DNA of 41,347 bases from Candidatus Berkelbacteria bacterium (GCA_026397135.1 JAPLVL010000020.1:17679-59025); one strand, 5' to 3'. Counted from the stretch's first letter, positions 17,337 through 26,994 are shown. A program made the numbers and translations. The notes: generated by a model from the letters alone, not told the origin.

Positions 17337-18350
17337 TTAATTCTTACTGCCTAATTCTTGCCTTCCTGCCAGCTGCCCGCATGCGCCGGCTATTTCCTCG
17401 CCGAGACTTACACGCAAGGTGACAGGGATGCGATTCTCCAGCAAGACAGTCTTGAATCTCTCAATCTGGTTCCGACTACTGGCCCGAAATCCCGATCCTG
17501 GAATTTCGTTGAAAGATATCAAATTGACCAAGGCAAGCCTGCCTTTCAGAAGCTCAGCTAATTTGTAGGCATGATCTATACTATCATTCTCACCCTTTAA
17601 CATCAAATATTCATAGGTCACCTTCTTGTTCGTCTTGGACACAAATTGATCCAGGACATGCATCAACTCCGAGAGAGGATTAACCTTTGCAATCGGCATT
17701 AATTTTTCTCTCAATTTCTGGTCTGCCGCGTGCAGACTGATCGCCAATGTTGTGCCGGTATCAGACTCAATGAATTGCAAAAGCGGTTTAATGGGGCCGC
17801 AGGTCGAAACGGTAATATGACGACGACCCAGATTGAAGTAATCAGGATTGTTTAATTCACCAATCGCAAATAAAACATTTTGTAGATTAAACAACGGTTC
17901 GCCCATGCCCATGAAAACAACATTCGTCAGCTTTCCGCCTTTGGCTTTTAACTTCCGACTTACAAATAAAACCTGTGAAACAATTTCCCAGGCAGTCAAA
18001 TTGCGTTTGAATCCAATCTGACCAGTAGCGCAAAAAACGCAGCCGGAAGCACAGCCGACCTGAGATGAAACGCAGACAGTATTGCGACCATCGCGAAATT
18101 GCAACAGGACAGTTTCAATAACACAGCCGTCAACCAATACTAGCGCCCACTTGGTCGAACCGTCTTTGGAGACCTGTTCTGATTTGGTTGTGAAGGGTAC
18201 AAGATTGGTCTCTTTCTCAATCATTCCCCTCTCGTATTTGGAAAAAGTGGTCAAGTCCTCCGCCCTTTCGACCAGGTTCACAAAAATGGCAGTCCTAAGC
18301 TGCTTTTGGCGAAGTGATGTCAAATTTTTCAAATATTCATAAAAATCCAC
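17337..18350 (-). CDS. rlmN: 23S rRNA m2A2503 radical SAM methyltransferase RlmN
   Basis: TVCVSSQVGCASGCVFCATG, NVVFMGMGEP, LAISLHA, IAGACGQL. Confidence 0.95.
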   Translation of the reverse strand: MDFYEYLKNLTSLRQKQLRTAIFVNLVERAEDLTTFSKYERGMIEKETNLVPFTTKSEQVSKDGSTKWALVLVDGCVIETVLLQFRDGRNTVCVSSQVGCASGCVFCATGQIGFKRNLTAWEIVSQVLFVSRKLKAKGGKLTNVVFMGMGEPLFNLQNVLFAIGELNNPDYFNLGRRHITVSTCGPIKPLLQFIESDTGTTLAISLHAADQKLREKLMPIAKVNPLSELMHVLDQFVSKTNKKVTYEYLMLKGENDSIDHAYKLAELLKGRLALVNLISFNEIPGSGFRASSRNQIERFKTVLLENRIPVTLRVSLGEEIAGACGQLAGRQELGSKN

Positions 18351-18354
18351 AAAC

Positions 18355-18420
18355 GTTTACCCTTACTCCTTACTCCTTACTTCTTACTTCTTACTTCTGA
18401 ATCCTTGCTGCTTAATCTTG
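18355..18420. repeat. Heptamer tandem array between dnaB and rlmN
   Basis: ttacccttactccttactccttacttcttacttcttacttctgaatcc. Confidence 0.85.
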
Positions 18421-19818
18421 ATCCGTTCTCTGTTTTTCCAAATCATTGAATCTCATTTGACTTGGGTTGAAGAAAAGCTCAACATTAGCAGTTGGACCAT
18501 TTCTATGCTTGCGAAGTAACACTTCCGTAATTCCTTTGCGATCAGTTTCAGCATTGTAATACTCGTCACGATAGAGAAACATCACAATATCAGCGTCCTG
18601 CTCAATAGAGCCAGATTCACGAAGGTCAGAGAGCTGTGGCCGTTTGTCGTCTCGATGTTCAACCGCACGAGAAAGCTGTGACAGTGCAATCACTGGAACA
18701 TTTAGTTCACGCGCCAGACCCTTCAAACCCCGTGAAATTTCCGAAATTTCCTGAACACGATTTCCGTCGCTACTTCGGGAGTGACCAGACATGAGCTGGA
18801 GATAGTCAATAATAATTAAACCAAGTCCGTGCTCCATTTGCAAACGACGAGCTTTGGCACGGATCTCCATCACATTTGCACTCGGAGTGTCATCGATGAA
18901 AATTGGCGCTTCAGAGAGTACACCCATAGCGTAGCCAATCTTGGGAAAATCATCATCGGAAAGATTTCCAGTTCGCAATTTCCAGGAGTCAACTGCCGCC
19001 TGCGACGCAAGCAAACGGTCAACCAACTGATCTTTGCTCATCTCCAGAGAGAAAACCGCCACAGGAACTTTGTTATCGATAGCCGCATTCTCAGCCAAAT
19101 TCAAAGCGAAGGAGGTTTTACCCATTGCAGGACGAGCAGCCAGAATTATAAGATCAGAGGGATTGAAACCGGCAGTAATTTTGTCCAAGTCACGGAAGCC
19201 AGAGCTGACGCCACGAATTGCCCCTTTGTCTTTGTCCTTGTGAATCTTGTCGATACGGTCGAAAGCATCAGTCAAGATATCCTTGATCGGAATAAATTTG
19301 TTTTTTTGTGAGCTCTGCGAAACAGAAAAAAGCCGTTGCTCCGCCTTGTCCAATGTCTCCGCTACATTTCCTTCTTCGTCGTAGCCAAACTCAGTAATAT
19401 CAGCTCCGGCAGATACGAGACGACGCAATAGCGCTTTTTCCCGAACTATTTGCGAGTAATAGACGATATTGGCCGCTGATGGCGTCGAGTTGACAATGTC
19501 AGCCAGATAACTGGAGCCACCAACTTCCTCGATCTGGTTCGCACTCTCCAAAACCTCAGACAGGGTCACAATATCGATAGGCATCCGCTTCTCGAAAAGC
19601 ATTGCCATAGCATTATAAATCAAGCCGTTGCGATTGTCGTAGAAATCGTCAGCCTGAATAATGTCTGCCATTTTGATAATAGCGTCCTTGTCGATCAAAA
19701 TAGCGCCGAGAATACTTCTCTCAGCCTCAACATTTTGTGGCGGCATTCGCAAAGTCGAGGTCGCAGACCCGCCCTCATGTTTCTTCTCAAATTGTGATTT
19801 TTTTTCTTGACGAGGCAT
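18412..19818 (-). CDS. dnaB: Replicative DNA helicase DnaB (no intein)
   Basis: PPQNVEAE, AARPAMGKT, FSLEMS, IIDYLQLM, LSQLSRAVE, SDLRESGSIEQDAD, KHRNGP. Confidence 0.98.
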   Translation of the reverse strand: MPRQEKKSQFEKKHEGGSATSTLRMPPQNVEAERSILGAILIDKDAIIKMADIIQADDFYDNRNGLIYNAMAMLFEKRMPIDIVTLSEVLESANQIEEVGGSSYLADIVNSTPSAANIVYYSQIVREKALLRRLVSAGADITEFGYDEEGNVAETLDKAEQRLFSVSQSSQKNKFIPIKDILTDAFDRIDKIHKDKDKGAIRGVSSGFRDLDKITAGFNPSDLIILAARPAMGKTSFALNLAENAAIDNKVPVAVFSLEMSKDQLVDRLLASQAAVDSWKLRTGNLSDDDFPKIGYAMGVLSEAPIFIDDTPSANVMEIRAKARRLQMEHGLGLIIIDYLQLMSGHSRSSDGNRVQEISEISRGLKGLARELNVPVIALSQLSRAVEHRDDKRPQLSDLRESGSIEQDADIVMFLYRDEYYNAETDRKGITEVLLRKHRNGPTANVELFFNPSQMRFNDLEKQRTDQD

Positions 19819-19824
19819 TTATAC

Positions 19825-19975
19825 AGGATTAAGAATTAAGGATTAAGGATTAAGAATTAAGAAGTAAGGATTCAGAATCAAGAATTAAGAAGCAAGAAGT
19901 AAGCAGTAAGTATTATGGATTAGGCGTCCAATTTGAACCTGAATTCTGATTTCTGAATACTGAATCCCGAATTCT
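19825..19975. repeat. Two heptamer arrays in inverted orientation between dnaX and dnaB
   Basis: About 13 x AG(A/G)A(T/G)TA-type units, then about 6 x TGAATTC-type units. Confidence 0.85.
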
Positions 19976-20083
19976 AAACTTCAAAGACTTCGCCAACCGC
20001 CTTTTCCAGTTCTGTCGGATCAACTTCTTTGCCTTTTGGCTTCTCGTTCGCGATAATGCAAATGACTCGATGAGGACTACCCA

Positions 20084-21445
20084 TCAAATTGCCAACAGTT
20101 TTCTCCAGGATATCAAGATTTTTCTTCTCTGAAATTTAACCGGCACAGGTACAGATTCAATACACTCTTGGGCTAACGAATCTTCGGAGACTTGAACTGG
20201 TTCGTCCATGACGGGAACAGCCGCCTCCTTTTTCGTGGTTTCCGGGATCGGACTTTCGAGAACAGCCGCCGCTGATCTGCTGACAGATTTAGAAACGACA
20301 ACCTGGCCGGAGTTTGCTTGCACGTTCACCGGCTGCGGCTTGACACTCTCGCCTGCCGTCGCTTCGATCAGTGCAATCTCTATTGGCAAGACCGGATAAG
20401 CTACATCCTTCAGCATTTTTCCCGACTGCACGAAAATATCAATCATCCGCAAAATCGTGTCTCGATCGGCCTTTTGGCTAAGAGCTTTGATCTCAGCACG
20501 ATCATCCTTGGGCAAATCTTCACTGCTCTTGCCAGTAACCTCGGCAATCAAAATCTGTCGCAATGTTTCGATAACCCGACGATTGAATTCACTCATGTCA
20601 AAGCCTTTGTCAAAAAGTTCGTGGGCGATTTTTAATCCCTCCTCCGGAAAGTTATCAAAAATCGCCCCCACAAACTTAATTACTGACAATGTTTCGGCAA
20701 TTCCCAGAATTTCTCTCGTAATATCAGAAGTCACCTTGTCGCCTTTTTGGGATGAAACTTGTTCGAGCAAAGAGAGTGCATCTCTGTGCCCACCGGCAGC
20801 CGATAACGCAATCAGCTCGAGTGAAGCATCATCAATTTCAATTTTCTCAGCTACTGCCACTCTCTTCAGGTTTTCAATCAAATCAGCCTTGTCTGCGCGG
20901 CGAAAATCATAACGCTGAGCCCGTGACAGGATAGTGGCCGGAATTTTGTGTGATTCTGTCGTAGCCAAGATAAAAACAACATGCAGAGGCGGCTCCTCCA
21001 GTGTTTTGAGTAGTGCATTGAAAGCACTCTTCGATAGCATATGAACTTCATCAATGATATAAACCTTTTTCGACATTCTGGTCGGCTGAAGTTTGGCTTT
21101 TTCGATCAAATCTCTGACATCATCAACTCCAGTATGCGAGGCCGCATCGATTTCAATTACATCAATCGCCCGCCCCTCGTTTATGGCAATACAATTCTCA
21201 CACTCGTTACAAGGTTCACCACTGTATTCAGTCTTGTTTTTCCTGGCTTCAACAGTCTTCTCGCAATTGATTGCCTTGGCCAAAAGACGAGCAGTCGAAG
21301 TCTTGCCGATCCCACGCGGCCCAGTCAGCAGATACGCATGAACTAGACGGTCGGCTTTGATGCTGTTCAACAAAGTTAGAACAACATGTTTCTGCCCAAC
21401 CATCTCGCCAAATGTCTTTGCCCTGTATTTTTGATAAAACGCCAT
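20084..21445 (-). CDS. dnaX: DNA polymerase III subunit gamma/tau; probable C-terminal tail in another frame (19974-20135)
   Basis: YQKYRAKTF, TGPRGIGKTS, Zn motif C..PCNECENC, EIDAASH, IIDEVHMLS, ALLKTLEEPP; SRA where SRC is usual. Confidence 0.95.
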   Translation of the reverse strand: MAFYQKYRAKTFGEMVGQKHVVLTLLNSIKADRLVHAYLLTGPRGIGKTSTARLLAKAINCEKTVEARKNKTEYSGEPCNECENCIAINEGRAIDVIEIDAASHTGVDDVRDLIEKAKLQPTRMSKKVYIIDEVHMLSKSAFNALLKTLEEPPLHVVFILATTESHKIPATILSRAQRYDFRRADKADLIENLKRVAVAEKIEIDDASLELIALSAAGGHRDALSLLEQVSSQKGDKVTSDITREILGIAETLSVIKFVGAIFDNFPEEGLKIAHELFDKGFDMSEFNRRVIETLRQILIAEVTGKSSEDLPKDDRAEIKALSQKADRDTILRMIDIFVQSGKMLKDVAYPVLPIEIALIEATAGESVKPQPVNVQANSGQVVVSKSVSRSAAAVLESPIPETTKKEAAVPVMDEPVQVSEDSLAQECIESVPVPVKFQRRKILISWRKLLAI

Positions 21446-21772
21446 AACACCAGAATTAAGAATAAAGAAGTAAGAAGCAAGCAAATGTTCGTCTGATACT
21501 TACTGCTTGCTCATTATAAGTTGATTTCAAGGGAGAAAAAATGCCTTGCGAGAAGTATCAAATTTATCAAGTCCCACACTGATAACTAAAAACTAATTAC
21601 CAAAAACCGTCCTGTTATCCCCAGCCAATCCCCAGAGTTGTGAACAAGCAGACCCAGCGAAATAGCTTGATTCTTAATCCTTAATTCTAAGCACTAGTGA
21701 TTTATTTCCGCTTTTTTCGGATCTTTATTGCCTTTTTCCGGCACTAAATATATAATAAAATAAAAGGAGAAA

Positions 21773-23929
21773 ATGAATCGCGAAGAACTTGCAAAGGCAA
21801 TCGCCAAAAAGGCAAAAATCGGCACCAAGACAGCTGACCGTATTATCGGCGCTTTTGGCGAAGCAATCACCGAAGCTCTGAAAAAGAAAGACCGCGTCAT
21901 TTACTCAAACTTTGGAGCCTTCTATACAGTTCACTATCCATCCAAAGTAATTTTGCACCCCACCCTTGGCGAGAAAAAGAAAATGATTATGCCGCCAACC
22001 GATGTCGTCAAATGGATGCCATCAGGAAACATCAAAGAGCTAGTAAGCGGTACTGCCAAACTTGAGCACATTACCAGTTTTGGCTCAGCCAAACGTCTCT
22101 ACGAAAGCCAGGATCCCGAGACCAGAATCGCAAAATCACACGAAGTAGACGATCAACCCACTTTGAAAAAGTCAGCTCCAGAAGACGAGACTTATGATAT
22201 TCCGATCAAGGTTAAGTCCCCAAATTCCGTTCAGAACCATCAAAGTGTCTTTGGCGACGCAGAAGAAGTAAATCCGGATGAGGAAGTCGCTATTCCGATT
22301 CACCTGATGAGGAAGAAACCCTCCGATATTATTCCTATCCCTGATCTCGATGAAGAGCCTGATCACAATTCAGAAGACAACATTTCAGATGAAGAAGGCG
22401 ATCTCGTCGCTGTCTCCAAATCTACGCCTGCCTTTATTGATTTACAGAATTATATTATTCCACACCAAATCTTGGCCCTAATGCCTGAACTCTTCGCCAG
22501 ACATTTCAAGATTGTACCGATCGGCGGAGACGAACATGAACTAATCGTTGCAATGACAGACCCTGACGACAAGGAGACAATCGAGCTGGTCCGTCGTCTC
22601 ACAGGCAAGAAGATATCAGTTCACCTGACAGACGAAGTTGGCCTGCAATCCATCTATGAGCAATACCAAAGCCTCAACAATCGTGAACAGACAGTCTGGG
22701 AGCATGCCTTTGACAACGAAATGATCTCGAACAAGACAAGCAAAACCGCCCCGATAATCCGAATCGCCGCATCTCTCGTCAAAAACGCCATCCGCGATCA
22801 TGCAACCGAAATTCACGTCGAGCCGCAAGGTAGCGAGATTCAAATTAGATTTCGAATCGAAGGAATACTGAAGAAGAACTCTGCATTCCCCAAAGAGATA
22901 GGCTTGACCTTAGTCAAAGTACTGAAAGATCTCTCCGGACTCAAGGGCAACGCCGAAGGACTTCCCCAAGACGGACAACTTCGTTTCCGTCTTGGCAACG
23001 AGGAATTCGATTTTCTAACCCATTCGATTCCGACGGCAGAGGGCGAGAAATTGTATCTCAAGATGATCAGCAAACTCCCGAAGCTTTACTCTCTTGAGGA
23101 CCTCGGGCTAGAAGAGGCTGATTATCAACTCATCCAACAAAATTTACGCAAAACTACCGGCCTAGTGTTAATAATCGGCTCAAAAAATTCAGGCAAGACA
23201 AGCACGGTTTACTCCTTTTTGCGAAGTCTCTTGGCCAATGTCATCAACATCTCGACAATCGAAGACCCGATCGAGGCTAAAATTCCTGGAATCAACCAAA
23301 GTCAAGTCAATACTTCTATCGGTTTTGATTTGCGCTTAGGCCTCGACACAATAATTAAGCAGTCCCCCGACGTTTTGTATATCAGTAGCCTCACCGACAA
23401 GAAAATTGCAGAGCAGGCTCTTCTAGTCTCCCAAGACTGCCTAGTCATAACTACTTTGGAAGCTGCCACCGTACCCGAAGCACTAACCAAAATGATAAAT
23501 TGGGGAATCGATCCTCTACTTTTGGAAAGTTGCCTAAACCTAATCACTCTCGAACATCTAGTGCGCCGAAACTGTGAAAGCTGCAAGAAAGAAATGACCC
23601 CGAGCGATCTCGAGGTCAAATCAATTCGCGATGAAGTTGCCAAAATGTCCTCCCGAGACCAATCCTTTATTCACAAGATGAGACTCCATTTTTTCAAAAG
23701 CGAAGGCTGCTCCGAATGTGGAAAATCCGGATACCGCGGACGCTTTGCCGCCTTTGAGATAATCGAGCCTACTCATGAGTTTATCGAAATGGCCCTAAAC
23801 CATAAATCACCGGGACTTTTCTGCGATTATTATCGTACGCACAACCTCAAATCCTTGCGACAAGATGCACTACTCAAAGCTCTCACAGGCTATACTTCAC
23901 TTGCAGAAGTCTGGAAGATACCTGAATAG
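21773..23929 (+). CDS. Fusion of an N-terminal HU/IHF-like domain with a PilB/GspE-family secretion ATPase (degenerate Walker B and His box)
   Basis: aa 1-91 HU pattern (MNREELAKAIAKKA...NFGAF...P...VVKWMPSGNIKELV); AMTDPDD N-domain; TEIHVEP, LPQDG, GSKNSGKT, TIEDPIE, CESC/CSEC, SGYRGR. Confidence 0.88.
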   Translation: MNREELAKAIAKKAKIGTKTADRIIGAFGEAITEALKKKDRVIYSNFGAFYTVHYPSKVILHPTLGEKKKMIMPPTDVVKWMPSGNIKELVSGTAKLEHITSFGSAKRLYESQDPETRIAKSHEVDDQPTLKKSAPEDETYDIPIKVKSPNSVQNHQSVFGDAEEVNPDEEVAIPIHLMRKKPSDIIPIPDLDEEPDHNSEDNISDEEGDLVAVSKSTPAFIDLQNYIIPHQILALMPELFARHFKIVPIGGDEHELIVAMTDPDDKETIELVRRLTGKKISVHLTDEVGLQSIYEQYQSLNNREQTVWEHAFDNEMISNKTSKTAPIIRIAASLVKNAIRDHATEIHVEPQGSEIQIRFRIEGILKKNSAFPKEIGLTLVKVLKDLSGLKGNAEGLPQDGQLRFRLGNEEFDFLTHSIPTAEGEKLYLKMISKLPKLYSLEDLGLEEADYQLIQQNLRKTTGLVLIIGSKNSGKTSTVYSFLRSLLANVINISTIEDPIEAKIPGINQSQVNTSIGFDLRLGLDTIIKQSPDVLYISSLTDKKIAEQALLVSQDCLVITTLEAATVPEALTKMINWGIDPLLLESCLNLITLEHLVRRNCESCKKEMTPSDLEVKSIRDEVAKMSSRDQSFIHKMRLHFFKSEGCSECGKSGYRGRFAAFEIIEPTHEFIEMALNHKSPGLFCDYYRTHNLKSLRQDALLKALTGYTSLAEVWKIPE

Positions 23930-23960
23930 CAAAAAGCTCCGATTTTCGGAGCTTTTTGCT
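23929..23960. terminator. Bidirectional terminator between convergent genes
   Basis: GCAAAAAGCTCCGA-TTT-TCGGAGCTTTTTGC. Confidence 0.85.
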
Positions 23961-23972
23961 TATACTTTTGAA

Positions 23973-24371
23973 CTATTTCTTCACATGACTCAAGCTTAGA
24001 GATTTTTCGATCGCCTCGATCAGATTTACTGGAACAATTTCGCTTTTGACCAAATATTGATCTTGGTCACTCATCAAACTCTTCAGCTTATTGATTTCCT
24101 GAACGAGCGCTGTCAAGAGAATAATAGGGATACCTGATATTTCCTTGTCGCTATTCTCACGAACACGCTTCATGACATCGATTCCATTCATCTTGGGCAT
24201 CATAATATCCAAGATTATGATATCCGGTTTTTCTTTTTCTGCTTTTTCCAGTGCCTCTTCTCCGTCAAATGCATTTACAATCGAATAACCTTCAGCCCCA
24301 AGACGCTCTGCATACATTTCATGCAAGGTTATATCGTCGTCAACAACAAGCACCTTGGCCGATTTTGCCAT
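23973..24371 (-). CDS. Single-domain response regulator (CheY-like receiver)
   Basis: VLVVDDD, ILDIMMPKMNG, LLTA, LVK; AGGAGG SD before ATG 24371. Confidence 0.92.
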   Translation of the reverse strand: MAKSAKVLVVDDDITLHEMYAERLGAEGYSIVNAFDGEEALEKAEKEKPDIIILDIMMPKMNGIDVMKRVRENSDKEISGIPIILLTALVQEINKLKSLMSDQDQYLVKSEIVPVNLIEAIEKSLSLSHVKK

Positions 24372-24490
24372 ATTCCTCCTCAATTTAAAATACTCGTAGT
24401 TCAAGCTTCAGCTTGTTGGTTCTATTCGCATCTTGTCGCAAAGGATACAAACTAAAGTTTGAACTCCGCTCTTGGGTGAAATCTTAATTG

Positions 24491-25522
24491 TTATTGTCCG
24501 GCATTGTAAATCACGAATTTATAAAGATCATACATTGTCCCACTCTTGCGGTCAATTTTTGCCTGCATCGTCCGAAGTGTGCCACCAAAATAGCCTGTCG
24601 AATTGATAGTGGTAAAAGGCCCCGGCACAACAGTTTGATTTGTCATATCACAAGCAGTATTCTGACATTTTGTTGAAATCAGCCCGAACTGGACATCATA
24701 ATAAATAGGCGTAATCTTTAGCGTTATTTCACTCCCAAGTGGAACTCCTAGAGGATACAGTCCAGTCAGAATCTGAGTCAAGGAAAAACTCCGGTTTGCA
24801 ATGCTTGCGTCGACAGTGCTGAAATTATCAGGATTTCCATCAGAATTGAAAACTACATTCTTCCGAGAAGACATCCCGCTCGAATCGATAGCTTCGACAA
24901 TGACTCTGGCATTGGCAGTTAAGTCAGCTGAATCAATCGCGGAATCATATTTGAAAAATGCACTTAAATCATTTGACACATTCACGAAAGTTGACGGCAA
25001 TCTCACCGTCAGAGTTTGGTCATGATCAATCTTGAGTATAGGTTTGTTCACGCCATAACTAGTGTCGAGGATATCTCCGATCAATAAATTCTCATCGCTA
25101 TTAATATCTTGCCCGTAAAACGGGGATTCGTCGATTCCATTGCCGAGATAACCCATCCGGAGATCGTAATATTGTTTCGAAGGATCACTAATCGTGCTTG
25201 TATTCTTGTTTATACCTTTAAAATCAATTATCGAGCTGCCGGTTATTTCAATTTCGCCCGCAAGATCGGCTCGAAAAACGGAGGAGTTGTCCTTCAGTTT
25301 CCAAGTATCGAAGGGCACCGACGAAAAATCGGAATATCGATAGCGCAAAAGCCCTTCCTCGATCCCAGATTCAGCCGCATAGTATGAGCCGACACCATTT
25401 TCATAGACCGAAGCGTTATTCGCCTCCAGAATTAAAATACGGCCAAAAGAAAAAGCGATCGTGCCGATTGCCGTCACCAACAAAATTGCGATAATTATTG
25501 CGGAGCCTCGCTCTCTCTTCAA
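24491..25522 (-). CDS. PilX-like type IV minor pilin
   Basis: Class III signal KRERG/SAIIIAILL..., SYYAAESGIEEGL, C-terminal INSTGYFGGTLR. Confidence 0.82.
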   Translation of the reverse strand: MKRERGSAIIIAILLVTAIGTIAFSFGRILILEANNASVYENGVGSYYAAESGIEEGLLRYRYSDFSSVPFDTWKLKDNSSVFRADLAGEIEITGSSIIDFKGINKNTSTISDPSKQYYDLRMGYLGNGIDESPFYGQDINSDENLLIGDILDTSYGVNKPILKIDHDQTLTVRLPSTFVNVSNDLSAFFKYDSAIDSADLTANARVIVEAIDSSGMSSRKNVVFNSDGNPDNFSTVDASIANRSFSLTQILTGLYPLGVPLGSEITLKITPIYYDVQFGLISTKCQNTACDMTNQTVVPGPFTTINSTGYFGGTLRTMQAKIDRKSGTMYDLYKFVIYNAGQ

Positions 25523-25644
25523 AAACCCTCCACTTCAGAAATGAACTTATGACAATATTATAATGCATTTTTATCTTTTGCAAAACCCCTTGATAATTGC
25601 TAATCTCCAGCTTTTTTGCTATTATAGGCACTGGTTCTATGTTT

Positions 25645-25721
25645 GCCGCGTTCGTCTAGTGGTCCAGGACATCGCCCTCTCACGGCGGAGATCATGGGTT
25701 CGACTCCCATACGCGGTACCA
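25645..25721 (+). tRNA. tRNA-Glu (anticodon CTC)
   Basis: Cloverleaf GCCGCGT/ACGCGGT, anticodon arm TCGCC-CTCTCAC-GGCGG, GGTTCGACTCC, encoded CCA. Confidence 0.97.
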
Positions 25722-25751
25722 AGAAACTTGCATGCAAGTTTCTTTTTTTTG

Positions 25752-25780
25752 TTGACAAATATTTAAATAATGCTTATAAT
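25752..25780 (+). promoter_or_regulatory. Perfect sigma70 promoter
   Basis: TTGACA-17 bp-TATAAT; AGGAGGTG SD at 25801. Confidence 0.85.
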
Positions 25781-25812
25781 AAGCTGTCCGTCTATGGAAA
25801 AGGAGGTGAAAA

Positions 25813-26364
25813 GTGAACTGGCTTCTGTATTTGGTCGGCAAAGAACTAGGTAAATTAGCCGACTGGTCAATTAAACATAGCAAGCAAGAACTGTCACTCG
25901 AAGAACCTAATAACACTACCCCGTTTTTTGCGCTAACCTGGACGAAGGACAGCAACAAGGAAAAAGCAAAAGCCCATATTGACGCGTATTATACTGCGCG
26001 AAGTATTGGAAATGCAAAACAGGAGACTCTCCACAAGATGGAAGTCTTCAGAATTTCATTCGAAGATTATTGCCACAGTGTCAATCTGGAATGCACGAGC
26101 TTATCCCTTCGACCATTCGGCTGGTGTGACACAGGTGTATACCAGGTAGATAATCGGCTAATCACAATGAACCCGCTTGTCGAAAGTAATGTTTGTCTAC
26201 CAAACGATGCACTGTGTGCCGTGCAAAAGATTCTCAACTCAAAGTATCGTGACTCGGTTGTCATCAAAATCCTACGGTCAAATCATGACGAGATCGGATT
26301 AATTGCAGAATTTTTGGGCACAAACTACCACATTTGGGGTTGGCCGATACAGTCAACCCAATAA
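25813..26364 (+). CDS. Hypothetical protein
   Basis: Perfect promoter, strong SD, terminator at 26399-26436. Confidence 0.75.
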   Translation: MNWLLYLVGKELGKLADWSIKHSKQELSLEEPNNTTPFFALTWTKDSNKEKAKAHIDAYYTARSIGNAKQETLHKMEVFRISFEDYCHSVNLECTSLSLRPFGWCDTGVYQVDNRLITMNPLVESNVCLPNDALCAVQKILNSKYRDSVVIKILRSNHDEIGLIAEFLGTNYHIWGWPIQSTQ

Positions 26365-26434
26365 AAGCCTATGAACAAAAACTGTAATCACTGCCCACAC
26401 CTCCCAGCTCATAAATTGAGACGGGAGGTATTTT

Positions 26435-26953
26435 TTATTTTATAATCATTTCCACGATCTTCATTCCGAAAATATCAGCGGATGGTACACCGTCTGCCGT
26501 GACAATATTGCCATCGACAGTCACGCCTTCTTTCGTGTACACAATTCCACGAGAAATTAGTTCCTCTTTGGCCCCCGGCCAAATCGTCGCCTTCTTGCCG
26601 TCCAAGATACCTGAGCGTGCCAGGACAGCAACAGCCCAGCAAATCGCTGCCACAATTTTACCAGCTTTGAAAAAATCACGAGCGAGCGAAAGGGCCGATT
26701 CTTCCACCAAAATTTGTGGTGTTCCTGGACCGCCAACGAAAACAACCGCCTGATAATCCTCAGCATTGATCTGTGATAACTCGAAATCAACTTCGACACT
26801 TTGCCCGGACGCTCCATAGCACTCCCCAATCGTTGTCGAAGCGATCGTAACTCCAATCCCTTCGTCATCAAAAGCTTGTTTCGTCTGAAACAACTCCTCC
26901 TCACGAAAATTACTCGGCGCAATCACCATCAATACATTACTTTCCGATCCCAT
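26435..26953 (-). CDS. DJ-1/PfpI family protein
   Basis: IAPSNFREEE, VVFVGGPG, AAIC nucleophile, VTVDGNIVTADG; GGAGG SD before MGSES. Confidence 0.92.
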   Translation of the reverse strand: MGSESNVLMVIAPSNFREEELFQTKQAFDDEGIGVTIASTTIGECYGASGQSVEVDFELSQINAEDYQAVVFVGGPGTPQILVEESALSLARDFFKAGKIVAAICWAVAVLARSGILDGKKATIWPGAKEELISRGIVYTKEGVTVDGNIVTADGVPSADIFGMKIVEMIIK

Positions 26954-26994
26954 AATTCCTCCAGCCAAGAATGGATAACTAATTTTACTAATCA

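Noticed and set aside
19825-19975. CRISPR-like array
   Set aside because: 7-nt tandem units with no unique spacers
25563-25766. 67-aa ORF
   Set aside because: Overlaps tRNA-Glu; spurious
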